DNA of 64,000 nt from Trypanosoma brucei (taxonomy: Eukaryota). Below the pieces are notes generated by a model that made no database searches, had not been told where the DNA came from, and saw only the letters and a list, made by a program, of their open reading frames with translations. The translations under genes and the position numbers were made by a program. The DNA is taken from assembly GCA_000002445.1 (NCBI GenBank), contig CP000066.1:736001-800000 (forward strand). The letters are read 5' to 3'. Below, piece after piece: positions 10,906-22,483 of the stretch; position 1 is the stretch's first letter, and each line of letters opens with the position of its first letter.

Positions 10906-12162
10906 TCAGTCCGTGTCTTCGCCTTCATCGTCTTCGGCATCTTCATTTCTTTCCTCTTTTGTATGTTCCTCTTCACCAAGTACGAAAGGACCAGCGACTA
11001 CCTTAAGAATACCTCCACGCTTCGCCATCTCAATTTTCATCATCTCAATCGCCTCCTTCATGCGAACAATTCCCTCCTCTTTCAGCTCCGTCTTTGCGCG
11101 TAACCGATATTTGGGTGGTCCAACAATTGTTACGGAAATGGGAATGAGTGGATCCTTTCCAGCCTTAAAGTCGCGGCCAACCAGTAAAACTTCCCGTAGC
11201 GCATTCACACCATCGCATTGAAAACATGTCATTTCAATATCAGCATGAATGGTTGCAATTTCTGTTCGCATGGTGTGCTCCAGCGTTGTCATGAGCACCT
11301 TTATTTCAGCTTCAGATATTTCCAGATCCCCGAGAATACCCTTCACATCTTTGGTTTGGTTCAGTTCATAGAGCCATTCCCATGCGTGTTTACCGGGTTG
11401 GCGACGGTACAAGGGGTAAGCAATTCTTTTCATAGCTTCCGCTGGGGGAACACCGCATTCATCCGCCACATGACACACAACAGACCGAACCTCATTTCCC
11501 TTGAAGAAACGGGCCTCACAGTCTTTCGCCTCCTTTAGCGTAACCTGTTTCTTGGAGAGATCAATGTAACCCTTGTCCTTATCGATACGAATAACCTGCG
11601 CTGCTTCGTTTTTACCTACTTTGATGACCTTACCGATGGCACGAATGCGAATCCTCGTGATTTCCGTGTATGGAATGATGCCTTCATGGTTGCCATACTC
11701 CAGTAGCTGCACCACAGCGGAAGTATCATTCACCTGAATAACCTTCACCCAAACAACATCACTCTCCTTTGGTAACTTTTCCTCATAAAAGTAAACATCA
11801 GCTCCATCCCATGTGGTTACGCCTAAGCAGGCACCTACGAACTTCTGCTGGCGCTTATTGAGGTCCTTAATCCATTGTTGCTTTGCTCCATCACCTTTAC
11901 TGACTACTTCTGTTCCGGCAGTGGCAGCTGCAGGCGACACAATTGCGGCTTTTTCCAACAATACCACCAAACTTTCAAATGCAGAAGAGTCCAGAGGTAC
12001 GCCGAAGGGTTCTGCGATGAGTAACTTCCTTCGGGATAAGTTGGCATGAAGGCGGAAATACTCCTTTGGAACTTGGAAGTACACGCCATCTGTTGTTTGG
12101 CAGCAGCACTTCGTTTTGTAGTCTACATTATCCGGACTCTCCACTATACCGTAAGCTGCCAT
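10906..12162 (-). CDS. eIF2alpha: Translation initiation factor eIF2 alpha subunit, kinetoplastid form with ~125-aa N-terminal extension
   Basis: The S1 domain [48 protein letters not shown] matches eIF2alpha (human [45 protein letters not shown]). The residue aligning to Ser51 is Thr at position 169. The C-terminus is an acidic tail. Confidence 0.9.
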   Translation of the reverse strand: [418 protein letters not shown]

Positions 12163-12199
12163 CTCTTCTTGGAATGATCAACCCTATTGCGCTGCGTGG

Positions 12200-12235
12200 C
12201 AGGAGATTTAAAAAAAGAAAAGGAAGGGATCTCGA
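12200..12235 (-). promoter_or_regulatory. Polypyrimidine tract (minus-strand sense) upstream of eIF2alpha
   Basis: + strand gatttaaaaaaagaaaaggaagggatctcg is purine-rich, 40-70 nt 5' of the eIF2alpha ATG on the coding strand. Confidence 0.45.
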
Positions 12236-13131
12236 ATATATAAATATGCATAGATACATACACATACAGGTGCGTGTATTTATGCGTATGTTTGTATTTG
12301 CTTTGCGTATGTTTATACTCGTAAATACAAGAAGGTGAAATAATAGACAAGCATCCAAGCAGAAAAATATCTGCAAAACAGAAACGTGAAATGGATGAAT
12401 CCGTAGCTGCTTTTTAAGATCCCGCGCACCTCATAATCAGAATACGCCCAGTTGTTAGTCAAAATATGATCATATGTAAACAAATATATCATATCAACTC
12501 ATGTGAATTCCTTGTATTTTCCTCTTCCTCTTTTTGGCCTTTGCGCCACGTACCTGCAGGTGATATTAACTTAATTTGCAGTTCTGCATATTTGAAGAAA
12601 CAAAAAACTTTTATGTCCTTCTAAAGCAAACAAATAGAAAGGAAAAGAAAGAGTTGACAGCAAATGGTAAAAAAAAAAAAAGAAAAAAAGAGCAGCAGCA
12701 GCAGATGAGCGACGATCACAGTAGAAATTTTATTTTTTTTTTTGAAAAAAAGAAAAGAGAAAAGATGTTTAAATACGAGTGAGAGCAACAGTTTCTCAAA
12801 CCATATAAGAAGAACTGCTCCATCTCCATCTCCATCTACACCTCCCGTACACCAGATGAGTATGTGTTAAAGTACGGGAAATGGAAAGGAAAGAAAAAAA
12901 AAAGAAAGAAAAAAAAATACATAAAGCGTTGTGAAAAAAAAAAAATCGTTCTGGGGACTACATGACTGAATCGACATTGAAAACAGAACAAAAGAAAAAG
13001 GGAGAGAATGAGAGGAGAATTGAAAGAAAAAAAACAGAAACTTTCAATAAAGAAAATGCGAGCACCCACACGACTAAAAAAGAACGTCAACACGCAACCG
13101 CCTTTTCATCACCACCCTCCCCGAGGAGTCA

Positions 13132-13180
13132 GATATATATATATATATATATGCACACACACACACACACAGACACACAC
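13132..13180. repeat. Compound (TA)n(CA)n microsatellite
   Basis: gatatatatatatatatatatgcacacacacacacacacagacacacac. Confidence 0.95.
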
Positions 13181-13535
13181 CTCTCCAAACTTACACCACA
13201 CGGCCAACAAATAAATTTTAAAAAAGAGGGGGGGAAAAAAAAACACAACTCAAATATTTTGGCTACTGTGGTGAAGAGCCGGAAACACTTCAGGTGAATG
13301 AAAGGAATTCAGAACAAAGAAACAAAAAAGGAGGGGAGCGGGATTGCGCTCAGCTGGAAGAGTTTAAGACGCAACTGTACAGAAAGAGGAAGCTAGCAAA
13401 AGTAAAAAAAAAACAAAAAACAAAAAAAACCTCAGCAATGCGTCAAAAAGATAAAAAGAAAACTTTTTAAAAAGTGCCCACACAGGCAAACCGTAGCAGT
13501 AACCAGCAAGCCACTAAATGCGACGGTACTGAACA

Positions 13536-13946
13536 TTATCTGACGGAGGACATCATTTTCTCCGGTATTCCGTCACGTTCAACAGAACCGCTGCCTTCAT
13601 TAAATTCCCGAGTAAAGCTGTCATTGGATTCATTGAAAAGCGCCTCGATGGCATCGCGATCATCCTGCCCGAGAAACGCCCCTCGCGCCGCTCCATCAGC
13701 TCTCCAATCGCTACCGGCACCTGCGGGACTTCCACCGATCCAATTGCCAAAAGAACCGCCCAAATCCTCTTCAGGTTCCTGCAATTTAATGCTGAGTTTG
13801 TCATGTTTCTCACGTAATGTTGACAATTCTGCCAACAAACGCGCCCGCACTAATTCCTCCCGAGCCGCATCAGCAGCCGCGTCGCCGCGGTCACCCTCTG
13901 ATCTCCTCTTCTGAAGGTTCCTTTCCTTCTGGGACTGCCTTCCCAT
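13536..13946 (-). CDS. Hypothetical charged coiled-coil protein (136 aa)
   Basis: A GC-richer, coding-like island within an AT-rich spacer. The minus-strand product is E/R/D-rich (REELVRARLLAELSTLREKHDKLSIKLQE). The overlapping + strand ORF is S/P-rich, typical of the antisense of a charged coding region. The strand was chosen by product plausibility and array polarity. Confidence 0.4.
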   Translation of the reverse strand: MGRQSQKERNLQKRRSEGDRGDAAADAAREELVRARLLAELSTLREKHDKLSIKLQEPEEDLGGSFGNWIGGSPAGAGSDWRADGAARGAFLGQDDRDAIEALFNESNDSFTREFNEGSGSVERDGIPEKMMSSVR

Positions 13947-14427
13947 CTTGAGTTAATGGCTTTTTTTTTTTTTTTATTTAAAAAAAAAAAAGAAGAAAAA
14001 AAGACAAAAACAAGACAAAAACAAATACAAGCAGAAAGAAGGAAGGAAGGAAAATAAATAGTGACAAAAAACAGCTCGCAAAAAAAGTGGATATTTAAAA
14101 ATAATAAGCTATTGAACAGGTATGAAACGCGAATAAGAATAAATGATAAGATAGAAGGCAGTTGCAAAGACACTACATGGACACTGGGAAGGCATCCGCT
14201 ATAACAGAACATCAGGGCATAGAGAAGGGAATAAAACCAACAGATAAAAATAAGCAAGTGAGTTAAATTCAAGGAAAATAAAAATAAAAAGAAACCCAAA
14301 ATATAAAGTGTATTTAAAAAAAAGAAAAGAAAAGAAAGAAAAAAAACAGGCAACGATAGCGCGGTATGGTAAAAGAAGAAATTTTTAAAAAAACTAAATG
14401 ACGAACAATAACAAACAATAATGAATG

Positions 14428-14457
14428 GAAATGGTAATGGTAATGGTAATGGTAATA
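14428..14457. repeat. (GGTAAT)n hexanucleotide repeat
   Basis: gaaatggtaatggtaatggtaatggtaat. Confidence 0.9.
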
Positions 14458-14803
14458 GTGTAAACAAGGACTAGAACCCATACTCCACCAAACCCCTCAG
14501 TAAAAGAAACAACTTTTACCGCACTCTTTCATAATTTGCACGCTCACATCCGCACTTTACTGCACAAGTGCAGCTAGTTAAGGTACACAATGTAAAATAC
14601 AATAAAAATGGCAAACGGGAAAGTTAACATAACCTCCTGCAGAACACAAATACAAGTAACTGGAGCAAAAACTTTGGGGCTAATGGTGACGTCAATAATA
14701 ATGACGATAATAGTAACGATACTAACAATAACATGTTTGGCGCCACTGGTGCTACTGTTAGCATCAAAGAGACGCATGAGTAGTGACATGCAACAAACTG
14801 TTA

Positions 14804-15811
14804 TTAGTTAACAACCCTAATAATGTCATTGGGATAAACATATGAAAAAGCAGCCGCCACATCCAGGCATGACAGCGCATTTACGAGAAATAGTGGCAGC
14901 CCTAATTCATCAAATACCCACAAACCTAACGAGCCCTCATGCACATCATGTCCCGCCTCTCTGAACTCTTCAGGTGTTCCCCATATCGTACACCAACAAC
15001 CAGACAAGATGCAGTAACGCCGAATGCAGTCCTCAATATCCTTTGGAAAAGTGGCACTTCGTGTGAGGACACTGACGGGGGTAAATTCCCGAAAGAATAT
15101 GAAAGCAGAGAAGTGGTTGATGTCATTAGTGCTTGTAATTCCGTTTCGTTTAACTTTGGGTTTGTACTTGGCAGACGTTGTGACGAATTCAGACAAGTTC
15201 ATGACACGACATCGCTCACCTCGATCATTATGAACCAGCACCGACGGTATGGCGCCCCCAGAACCAGCACCAGCAGAAAAGGCAGCAGAGAAGTCGCAAT
15301 GAAGATAAAGAGAAAGTGTGTTCATTCCCTTCATAAAATACCGCAACTCACCCGTGCTGAGCCAAAATGGAGATGTGTAATGACGTTCTTCCGCCAGTCC
15401 GACTGCCTCTTTCATTACCGTCACATCATCCGTTAAAGCCACGCCACGCATTGAGAGGGCGGAAGCAGTGAAGTCCACAGTTACAAGCGAGTCACCGCTG
15501 CTCATCCGCACCTTCCGCTCAAAAGGTCCATGAATTAATGCGGCTCGTGCGTAATCAACATTCAGAAATCCAGTCAGTAATTCTTCCGGAACCATTAAAG
15601 TCGGAAGAGACTTTGAGCACACGTTGAGGCGTAGTTGTTGCACTTGTGGCCAACTGAGTACATATTCCACATGCTTTTCTTGATGTTGTTGATGTTGTCT
15701 GAACGGCTCATCATGTGATGAAACATATGAATCCATTGATGCCTGTAATAAATCATGGGCCCAATTCGCCAGAGGCTTACAAAAAATGGTGCAACGACGC
15801 TTTTGATTCAT
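14804..15811 (-). CDS. Hypothetical protein (~335 aa)
   Basis: Long non-repetitive ORF. The start is placed at MNQKRRCTIF (ATG 15811) because the upstream 18 codons read through a T/A homopolymer. No recognisable domain. Confidence 0.6.
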   Translation of the reverse strand: MNQKRRCTIFCKPLANWAHDLLQASMDSYVSSHDEPFRQHQQHQEKHVEYVLSWPQVQQLRLNVCSKSLPTLMVPEELLTGFLNVDYARAALIHGPFERKVRMSSGDSLVTVDFTASALSMRGVALTDDVTVMKEAVGLAEERHYTSPFWLSTGELRYFMKGMNTLSLYLHCDFSAAFSAGAGSGGAIPSVLVHNDRGERCRVMNLSEFVTTSAKYKPKVKRNGITSTNDINHFSAFIFFREFTPVSVLTRSATFPKDIEDCIRRYCILSGCWCTIWGTPEEFREAGHDVHEGSLGLWVFDELGLPLFLVNALSCLDVAAAFSYVYPNDIIRVVN

Positions 15812-16279
15812 TTTATGTTGGTTATCTGCCGCACTCTTTTTTTTTTCAAAAAAAAAAAGTAACAACTATAATATTAAGGAGTATTATTAATATTACTACT
15901 ACTGTGAAATATTTAATGTATTCTGGTAAAACGTCGTCACTCACTTCATGAAAAGAACAAAACAAAAAAAACGGAAAAGGAACAAAATGTGAGCAAATGA
16001 ACGAATGAATGAGACAAGCGTAAAATAAACACGTTGCACAAACAGAGAGAACATGGAATCCAAAAATGTTTTTTTTCTGCTTTTATTTTTCTCTCTCTTT
16101 GCCGCGGAACCAATTTAAAAAAAAAAGTAGAATAGAAAAAACAGGAAAAGAACACGGAAAGAAAAAAAAAGACACAAACCTGAGAAAAAAAAAAAGAAAA
16201 AAAGAGAAAAGAGAAAGGGAAAAATAAATATATAAAAATCACAATGAAGTGGCGCCTGAATAACAACTGATAGCAATCC

Positions 16280-16309
16280 TTAATAATAATAATAATAATA
16301 ATAATAATT
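16280..16309. repeat. (AAT)n trinucleotide microsatellite
   Basis: ttaataataataataataataataataatta. Confidence 0.95.
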
Positions 16310-16517
16310 AATATCATCACTATCATAAGAGTAATAAGAAAGGATGCTGTGAGGACACGTTTTGTACAAGAAGGGAGAAACATAAACATAAACACGTGAA
16401 GGAAAATAATAACAACAATGAAGGAGTACCAACGTCAAAACATGGAGGCAACACACAATTCGTTTCAGATGCTTGCCGTGAAGATAAACAATTTTTTTTT
16501 AAATGGGTATATATTTG

Positions 16518-16548
<31 letters not shown>

Positions 16549-16958
16549 TTCGTACGCACAAATTGTGTTTCAATACGGATAATAAGAAAGAAAAAAATGA
16601 AGGAAAAAACCAATGACACTAATGTTATTTATATAAAGTACTTTCTCATATAATTTTTTATTTATAAATAATGGGGTATAAATATATAAATATATAAATA
16701 TGAGTATGAAAAGGGAGAAAAAAAAAAGAGGAGATGGATATGGATATGGAAGTGAGTGGAACTGTGAAAAGGTGGATGAAGTTGTTATGTTACGGGGCTT
16801 TTGCTTTTTCTCTATTTTTTTTTTTCGTTTTTGGTTTTGCTTTTGCTTTTTGTAGAAATTTGGTTCGAGTTTCTTTTCCTTTGCTTTTTTTTCTCGATGC
16901 TTTCTTTTTTCTTTCTTTTCTTTCTATTCCCTATTCCTTATATACTCTCCTCTCTTTC

Positions 16959-16989
<31 letters not shown>

Positions 16990-18957
16990 AATATATTTTT
17001 TTTTAAAGCACAAACTTCTAATGTCAAGCATACCGCCTTAAACAATCAATAGAAATAAATAAATAATAACGCCACATAATTTAAAAGAAAAAAAAATCAA
17101 AACTGCTCGTCATGGGGATCTCACGCCGGAATCCAAAACAAAACAAAACAAAAATTGGAAAAATAACGAGAAGTAAAAGACATGCGGCATTTATTTCCAC
17201 TTGGAAGCCGGGACTTTTCTTTTCCTTTCTTTACTTCCTTTGGGCCTCTGTTTTGTAATATATATTTATATATTTGTTTATTTATTTATTTATTTATTCC
17301 TCACAGTTCAAAATAATTTTTAAAAAATATTGGGACAAATAGGAAAAGATGATGAACATGAAGATGAAAAACGACGAAGGGGAAAGGAACGCAAAAAAAA
17401 AAAGGGAAAAAGGGAAAAAGAAACAAGGGATCAAGAAAAATTACACAGAACTCAAAAAATTAAAAAACAAAACATCAAATAAAAAGATACCGCCAAACAA
17501 ACAACCGAATGAATAAACAAACAAACAAACGCGCACAACACACACAAAAAAAAATTTTAATTCCCACTCACAACGAAATAAAGGCAACAACACACCTCAA
17601 CATCCAAGTTATTGTCACCACACACATAATTACACACGCACGCATATGCGTGCAAGCATCAAACAAAAAAAAGAACAAAACAGAGCGATTACGCTAGTTA
17701 TGCGACGGAATAACAGAATAAATACAGATATAAACATATAAATATAGAAATATAATAAATACAAAAATGTATAGAAATACGTATATGTGTTACTACCGTC
17801 ATCACATCATCATCATCATTATCATCATCATTTTATTATTGTTACATTTACAATATTTATTACATTGTTATTTTGTTGTTATTTTGTTGCGGTCCGCTTC
17901 GTCCAATCCCGTTTTCATCTTCATTTTCCTCCCTTTTTGCGTTGCAAATCAAATCCAACAGACCACTAATCACTCCATTCCATTCCATTCCACTTCTCTC
18001 ATTTCTATTTTTTAAAAAAAATAAAAATAAAAATAAAAAATAATATTTGCTCCTTATCTTTCAATCCCTCTTTTCATTCATATTTCTTTTTTCTCTTCTT
18101 TTCTTTTCTCTTCTCTTCTCTTCGTTTGTTTGTTTACCTTTTGTTTTTTGTTCTTTTTTTTTCCTTCTTTTGTTTTACAAATAATGAGCAAAACACAAAC
18201 ACAAGAAGAAAGTACATAATTCCTCTTTCTTTCCCCTTATGCACATGAGTGTCTCACATATATATATATATATATACACCACGTGAGTGTTTATAATAGA
18301 CGTAACGAATAGGGCAGAAAATAAAAATAAAAAAAAAAACAACAACGCAATAATAAAGTAATAAAGTAATATAATAATAGAAAAGAAAAAAAGTAGGAAA
18401 AGGAACGAAGGAAAGAAGGAAGGAAAAGGAACGAAGGATAGAAGGAAGGAACTATATAAACAAACATTTAAGTAGAATAAAAATAAACATAAACAATGAC
18501 ATAATGAGCAAAACTAAACTAAAACAAAGCCAAAAACAAAAAAAAGACACCAATTATAATAACATAATTAAAAAAATATATGAAAAAGAAAAAAAGGTAA
18601 AAGAGATAAATTGAGAACACATCAAACTTATTTCCTCCTCCCCCCACCTTTTTTTTTAATTCATTTTTTTTCTTTCTTTAATTTTTTTTTCACTTCAGTT
18701 TATTTTATTTTTGTATTACTGTTATTTCTTTTTTTTTCCTTCTTCTTCTAATTTGTCATATTGTTGTCATTGTTTCTTTTTGTTTTTCTTTTTCTTTTTC
18801 TTTTTTTTTGTTTTGACTTCACTCCATTCATAAGTTTGTTACGGGGAGGAAATGACATGGACAATAAAAATGGAAGAGAAAATGCAAACACTTGTACACG
18901 GTAGACTCAAAAACAAATCCCCGCGCCTCTTCTTTTTTTTTTCATTTGACACCTTCA

Positions 18958-19012
18958 TTTCAATTTCAATTTCAATTTTAATTTCAATTTTAATTTTAAT
19001 TTTAATTTTTTT
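18958..19012. repeat. (CAATTT/AATTTT)n minisatellite
   Basis: catttcaatttcaatttcaattttaatttcaattttaattttaattttaatttt read directly. An imperfect inverted copy lies at 19318..19392. Confidence 0.9.
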
Positions 19013-19317
19013 GTGAGTGTTTTGTGTGTGATTTTTTCGATTTCATTTAATTTTTTGTTTGTTTGTTTGATTGTTTATTTTAATCATTTATACAAATATG
19101 TTTTACTCAAATATTTTCCGTAGGAGTTTTTTTGCTATCCTCAATTTGTGTGTGTGTGTGTTTTTTTCTTTTCTTTTTTCTTTTCTTTTTAGGTGTTGTC
19201 CTCTCCTTTTGGTTTCTTTTCGTTGAATGATGTTTAGTTTCGCCACTTTCACACCTGTGATGACTGAAAGAAATAATTAATGTCACAACAATTGAATGAA
19301 ATCAAAAAATTAAAAAA

Positions 19318-19392
19318 ATTGAAATTGAAATGAAATTGAAATGAAATGAAGGAAATTGAAAAATCAAATGAAATGAAAGAACGACAGAGATG
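19318..19392. repeat. (GAAATT/GAAAT)n minisatellite, reverse complement of the 18958..19012 array
   Basis: gaaattgaaatgaaattgaaatgaaatgaaggaaattgaaaaatcaaatgaaatgaaag. Its reverse complement is catttcatttgatttttcaatttccttcatttcatttcaatttcatttcaatttc. Confidence 0.85.
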
Positions 19393-20577
19393 TGAAGAGA
19401 CAAATAAAAATTTTTTTTTGAAAAAAAAAGGTGGAAAATAAAAATAAAAAGTAACGACCGCAACTCTTTTCCTTTTCTTTTCATATACACCTTCAACTTT
19501 TGTTTTCTTATATAAAAAAGAAAAGAAAAGAAAATCTTGATTTTGTTTTTGACTTTTTTTTTTTGGTTCTTTTCAACCCTCTAATCTCTTTTTTTTTATT
19601 TTTTTGCTTCACATATATAAATAAATATATATAAATAAATATATATATACGTATAAATATCTTTCTTTATGCTGAGGTGTATATGCGCAAGAGTAAATAA
19701 AATTTTAAAACACGTGTAACTGCACAGTGAAGGGGGGAGGAGAAAAAAAAAATGCAAGTGAGAAATAAATCTCCTTTCGTTAAGAATTTTAAAAAAAAAA
19801 AAAAGTAAACAAGGAAAAATTATGGGCCAGCTGTGGCGCAATCTCTAGAATAAACAAAAAAAAACAAAAAAACAAAAAAAAAGAAACGAAACGAAAAATT
19901 ATTTCACCTTTCATTTATTTTCTGTTTGGTTGATTGGTTTCCTCTTTTAAGTTCCGCGTTCGTGACACTTCTTCTCTTTTCTTTTCCTCTTCCCTGCCCT
20001 CTTATTTTCTTTTTCTTCTTTTTTTTTTCGAATTTTATTGTTAATATCTTTCTTTCATTCGTTCGCTTTCTTATAATTTATTTGATCCATTCACCTCCCC
20101 ATCACTTGTAGTCATTAGTCCCTTTTATGTTTTTTTTTCATTTATTTAGTTATTTATTTACTTATTTATTTCCTCTTCTCCTAATTTTATTTTAGTCATC
20201 ACAAAACGTCATTTTATTTTTTTTTCCTTTCTTTCTTAATTTCTCCTCCCCTCTCCCTCTCCCTCTCCCCCTCCTCTCCACCGAAACCCCCAACCCGTTC
20301 CTTCGTTATTCGTTTCTTTTCTTCCTTTTTTTTTTTTTGCTTTTCCTCGTGTGCATCTCTCCCATCAATTTTTGTTACGTTTTGCTTTTTGCTTTTTGCT
20401 TTTTTTTTTTAAAGAAAAAGAAAACGTCGGGCCAAACACAAACACGCACACAAATGTATAGACTTATTGATTTATATTTATATATATATATATATACAAA
20501 AATAATAAAACAAACAAATATATAAAGCAAGCAAATAAAATAAAACAAAAAAATAATAATAATAATAATGTGACACT

Positions 20578-21297
20578 TCAACCAGCGGCACCGCGGGAAC
20601 CCGCATGAACGTATGGGGAACTGTTACTGGGCACAATATTTAATGGATTTGTGGAGTAACCAACTTTAAGCCATTTGCCATGGAATTCGTAACCACTCAT
20701 TCGCTCCACAGCTTCCTTCGCATCTTCCGCATGGCAAAAATATACAAAACCATAACCCTTCGACATATTGGTTTGCTTGTCGTAAATAATTCGCGCCCCA
20801 TCAAGTTCTCCAAAGCGGGAGAAAAGTTCATGAAGGTCCGTACTTGTCACATCAGGGGCGAGATAATTTACAATTAATTGCTTGCGATAACGATCATCTT
20901 GCAGAGGCACACTTCCAACGGGCATGGCATGATGTCTCAACTGCTGCTGCTGCTGTTGTTGTTGTTGTTGTTGCGGATGAATATTATAATTGAAGGAAGA
21001 AGAGGAGGAACCATTTGCCGTTTGATTGGGGTAGCCGCTCATAATACTTTGATCCACAGGTGTTACACGCATTTGAACATATTGCGGACTGGCAGCTGTG
21101 GATTGTTGAGTGATGAAACCGCCCTGTTCCTGTTGAATGGGGCCCTGGTAATGATACGGATATAATCGAGCTTGAGGCTCCGTAGTAGCAAAGGGATGAT
21201 ACGGCTGTTGAATCTGCCGTTGCATCATGGCATATTGCTGCCCGTATGGAATTTGCGTCAGCTGTGGCGAGGTCTGCGGGCTGTTGGGGTAGAACAT
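20578..21297 (-). CDS. RBP6: RNA-binding protein with Q/P/Y-rich N-terminal half, polyQ run and a single C-terminal RRM (RBP6-like)
   Basis: The RRM is LIVNYLAPDVTSTDLHELFSRFGELDGARIIYDKQTNMSKGYGFVYFCHAEDAKEAVERMSGYEFHGKWLKV (RNP2 LIVNYL, RNP1 KGYGFVYF). The N-terminus is Q-rich with an 11-Q run encoded by the (TTG/CTG)n repeat at 20941..20973. The symbol comes from recalled position between eIF2alpha and IAG-NH on T. brucei chr3 and is not verified. Confidence 0.75.
   Translation of the reverse strand: MFYPNSPQTSPQLTQIPYGQQYAMMQRQIQQPYHPFATTEPQARLYPYHYQGPIQQEQGGFITQQSTAASPQYVQMRVTPVDQSIMSGYPNQTANGSSSSSFNYNIHPQQQQQQQQQQQLRHHAMPVGSVPLQDDRYRKQLIVNYLAPDVTSTDLHELFSRFGELDGARIIYDKQTNMSKGYGFVYFCHAEDAKEAVERMSGYEFHGKWLKVGYSTNPLNIVPSNSSPYVHAGSRGAAG
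20941..20973. repeat. (CTG/TTG)n trinucleotide repeat inside the coding sequence (encodes polyGln on the minus strand)
   Basis: ctgctgctgctgctgttgttgttgttgttgttg lies within the RRM-protein CDS and gives QQQQQQQQQQQ. Confidence 0.95.
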
Positions 21298-22483
21298 ACA
21301 GCAGAGGGAATCAAATGGAAAATGATAACAATAGTATTAATAATAATAAACAGTAACTAATAATGTTAATAATAGTGGCAATCGTAGAAGCGATAGGTAG
21401 CGGAGGTACCCACAGTAATGGCAGTAATAATAATAACAATATATATAAAAATATAATATGTATATTTGTATTACCCTACTGCTCTTGGTCTTTTCTTCTT
21501 CTTCTTCTTCCGTTCTCTTAATATTTCAAAAGGTGTGTAATAGGAGTATAGGCGTGTTATTAACTGTATTGTTTTTTATTGTCTTTCCTGTTGTTCCTTC
21601 CGTGACTGGAGCTGCATATCAATACCGACAAAAAAAAAAGGAAAAGAAGGAAAAGAAGGAAAGAAGGAAAAAAGGAATGGCATAACGGAAAAGACTGGTG
21701 AATGAAGTTGAGTTTCCGCATATAAGTGAGACAGTTGGCTCCTACACATTTGTGATTATGTAAATTCATTTATTTTAGCTTTAAATTGTGTATATATTCT
21801 GAAGAATATAAAAATAAACAAATGAAATTAAATACGTAAATAAAAATACACTCGCACGAAACATGCCGAAACTATGAAAGCTCTCAATCGCGGCGCGGAA
21901 GTTGAAGGAAGAACTGACACAACTTCGCCTCCCCACCCCCCCCCCACACCCCATATTATTATTATTATTATTATTTAAAAAATATAAACAAAAGAGGGGG
22001 GTTTTCGCTGAGGGGTTGCACTGTCAGGTTTATGTGATGATTTAAAAGGAAAGCGAAAGCGAAAGCGAAAAAAAAAAAGAAAATGCGCGAAGCAGGAGGG
22101 AAATAACGTACAAATGAACAATTTATCGGCCACGATGGAACTAAACGGAAATTTTTTAAAGAGTAGCCATCATGTTAATGCCAAAGATAAACAAAACATT
22201 TTGCAACATAATAAAACGTCAAAACGGCAGAACACATATCCAACATGGCATTTGTGAAAATACAGAACGTAGTAGTAAAATACATGCACATAATTACGCG
22301 GGTCGTGGAAGGTGACAATGAAAAAAGAAAAAACAATAATCTGTCACATGAAGCTACTATGGATAGGGTAAGTGAAATTATAATCGTACAGAACGAGCGG
22401 AGGCAACAAAAAAAAAATAATCAAAATTCAGAGCTCCATGAAGGGGAAAAAATTTTTCAAAAAAAATAATAATAATATAAACC

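Noticed and set aside
17341-17420. AUGAUGA-like C-box sequence (agatgatgaa) in the long spacer, as a possible snoRNA
   Set aside because: No downstream CUGA D box or terminal stem is found at an appropriate distance on either strand. A/G-rich context makes chance occurrence likely.
17767-18015. His-rich ORF (HHHHHYHHH)
   Set aside because: It is the translation of a (CAT)n/(ATC)n microsatellite within the long spacer and is not a metal-binding protein.
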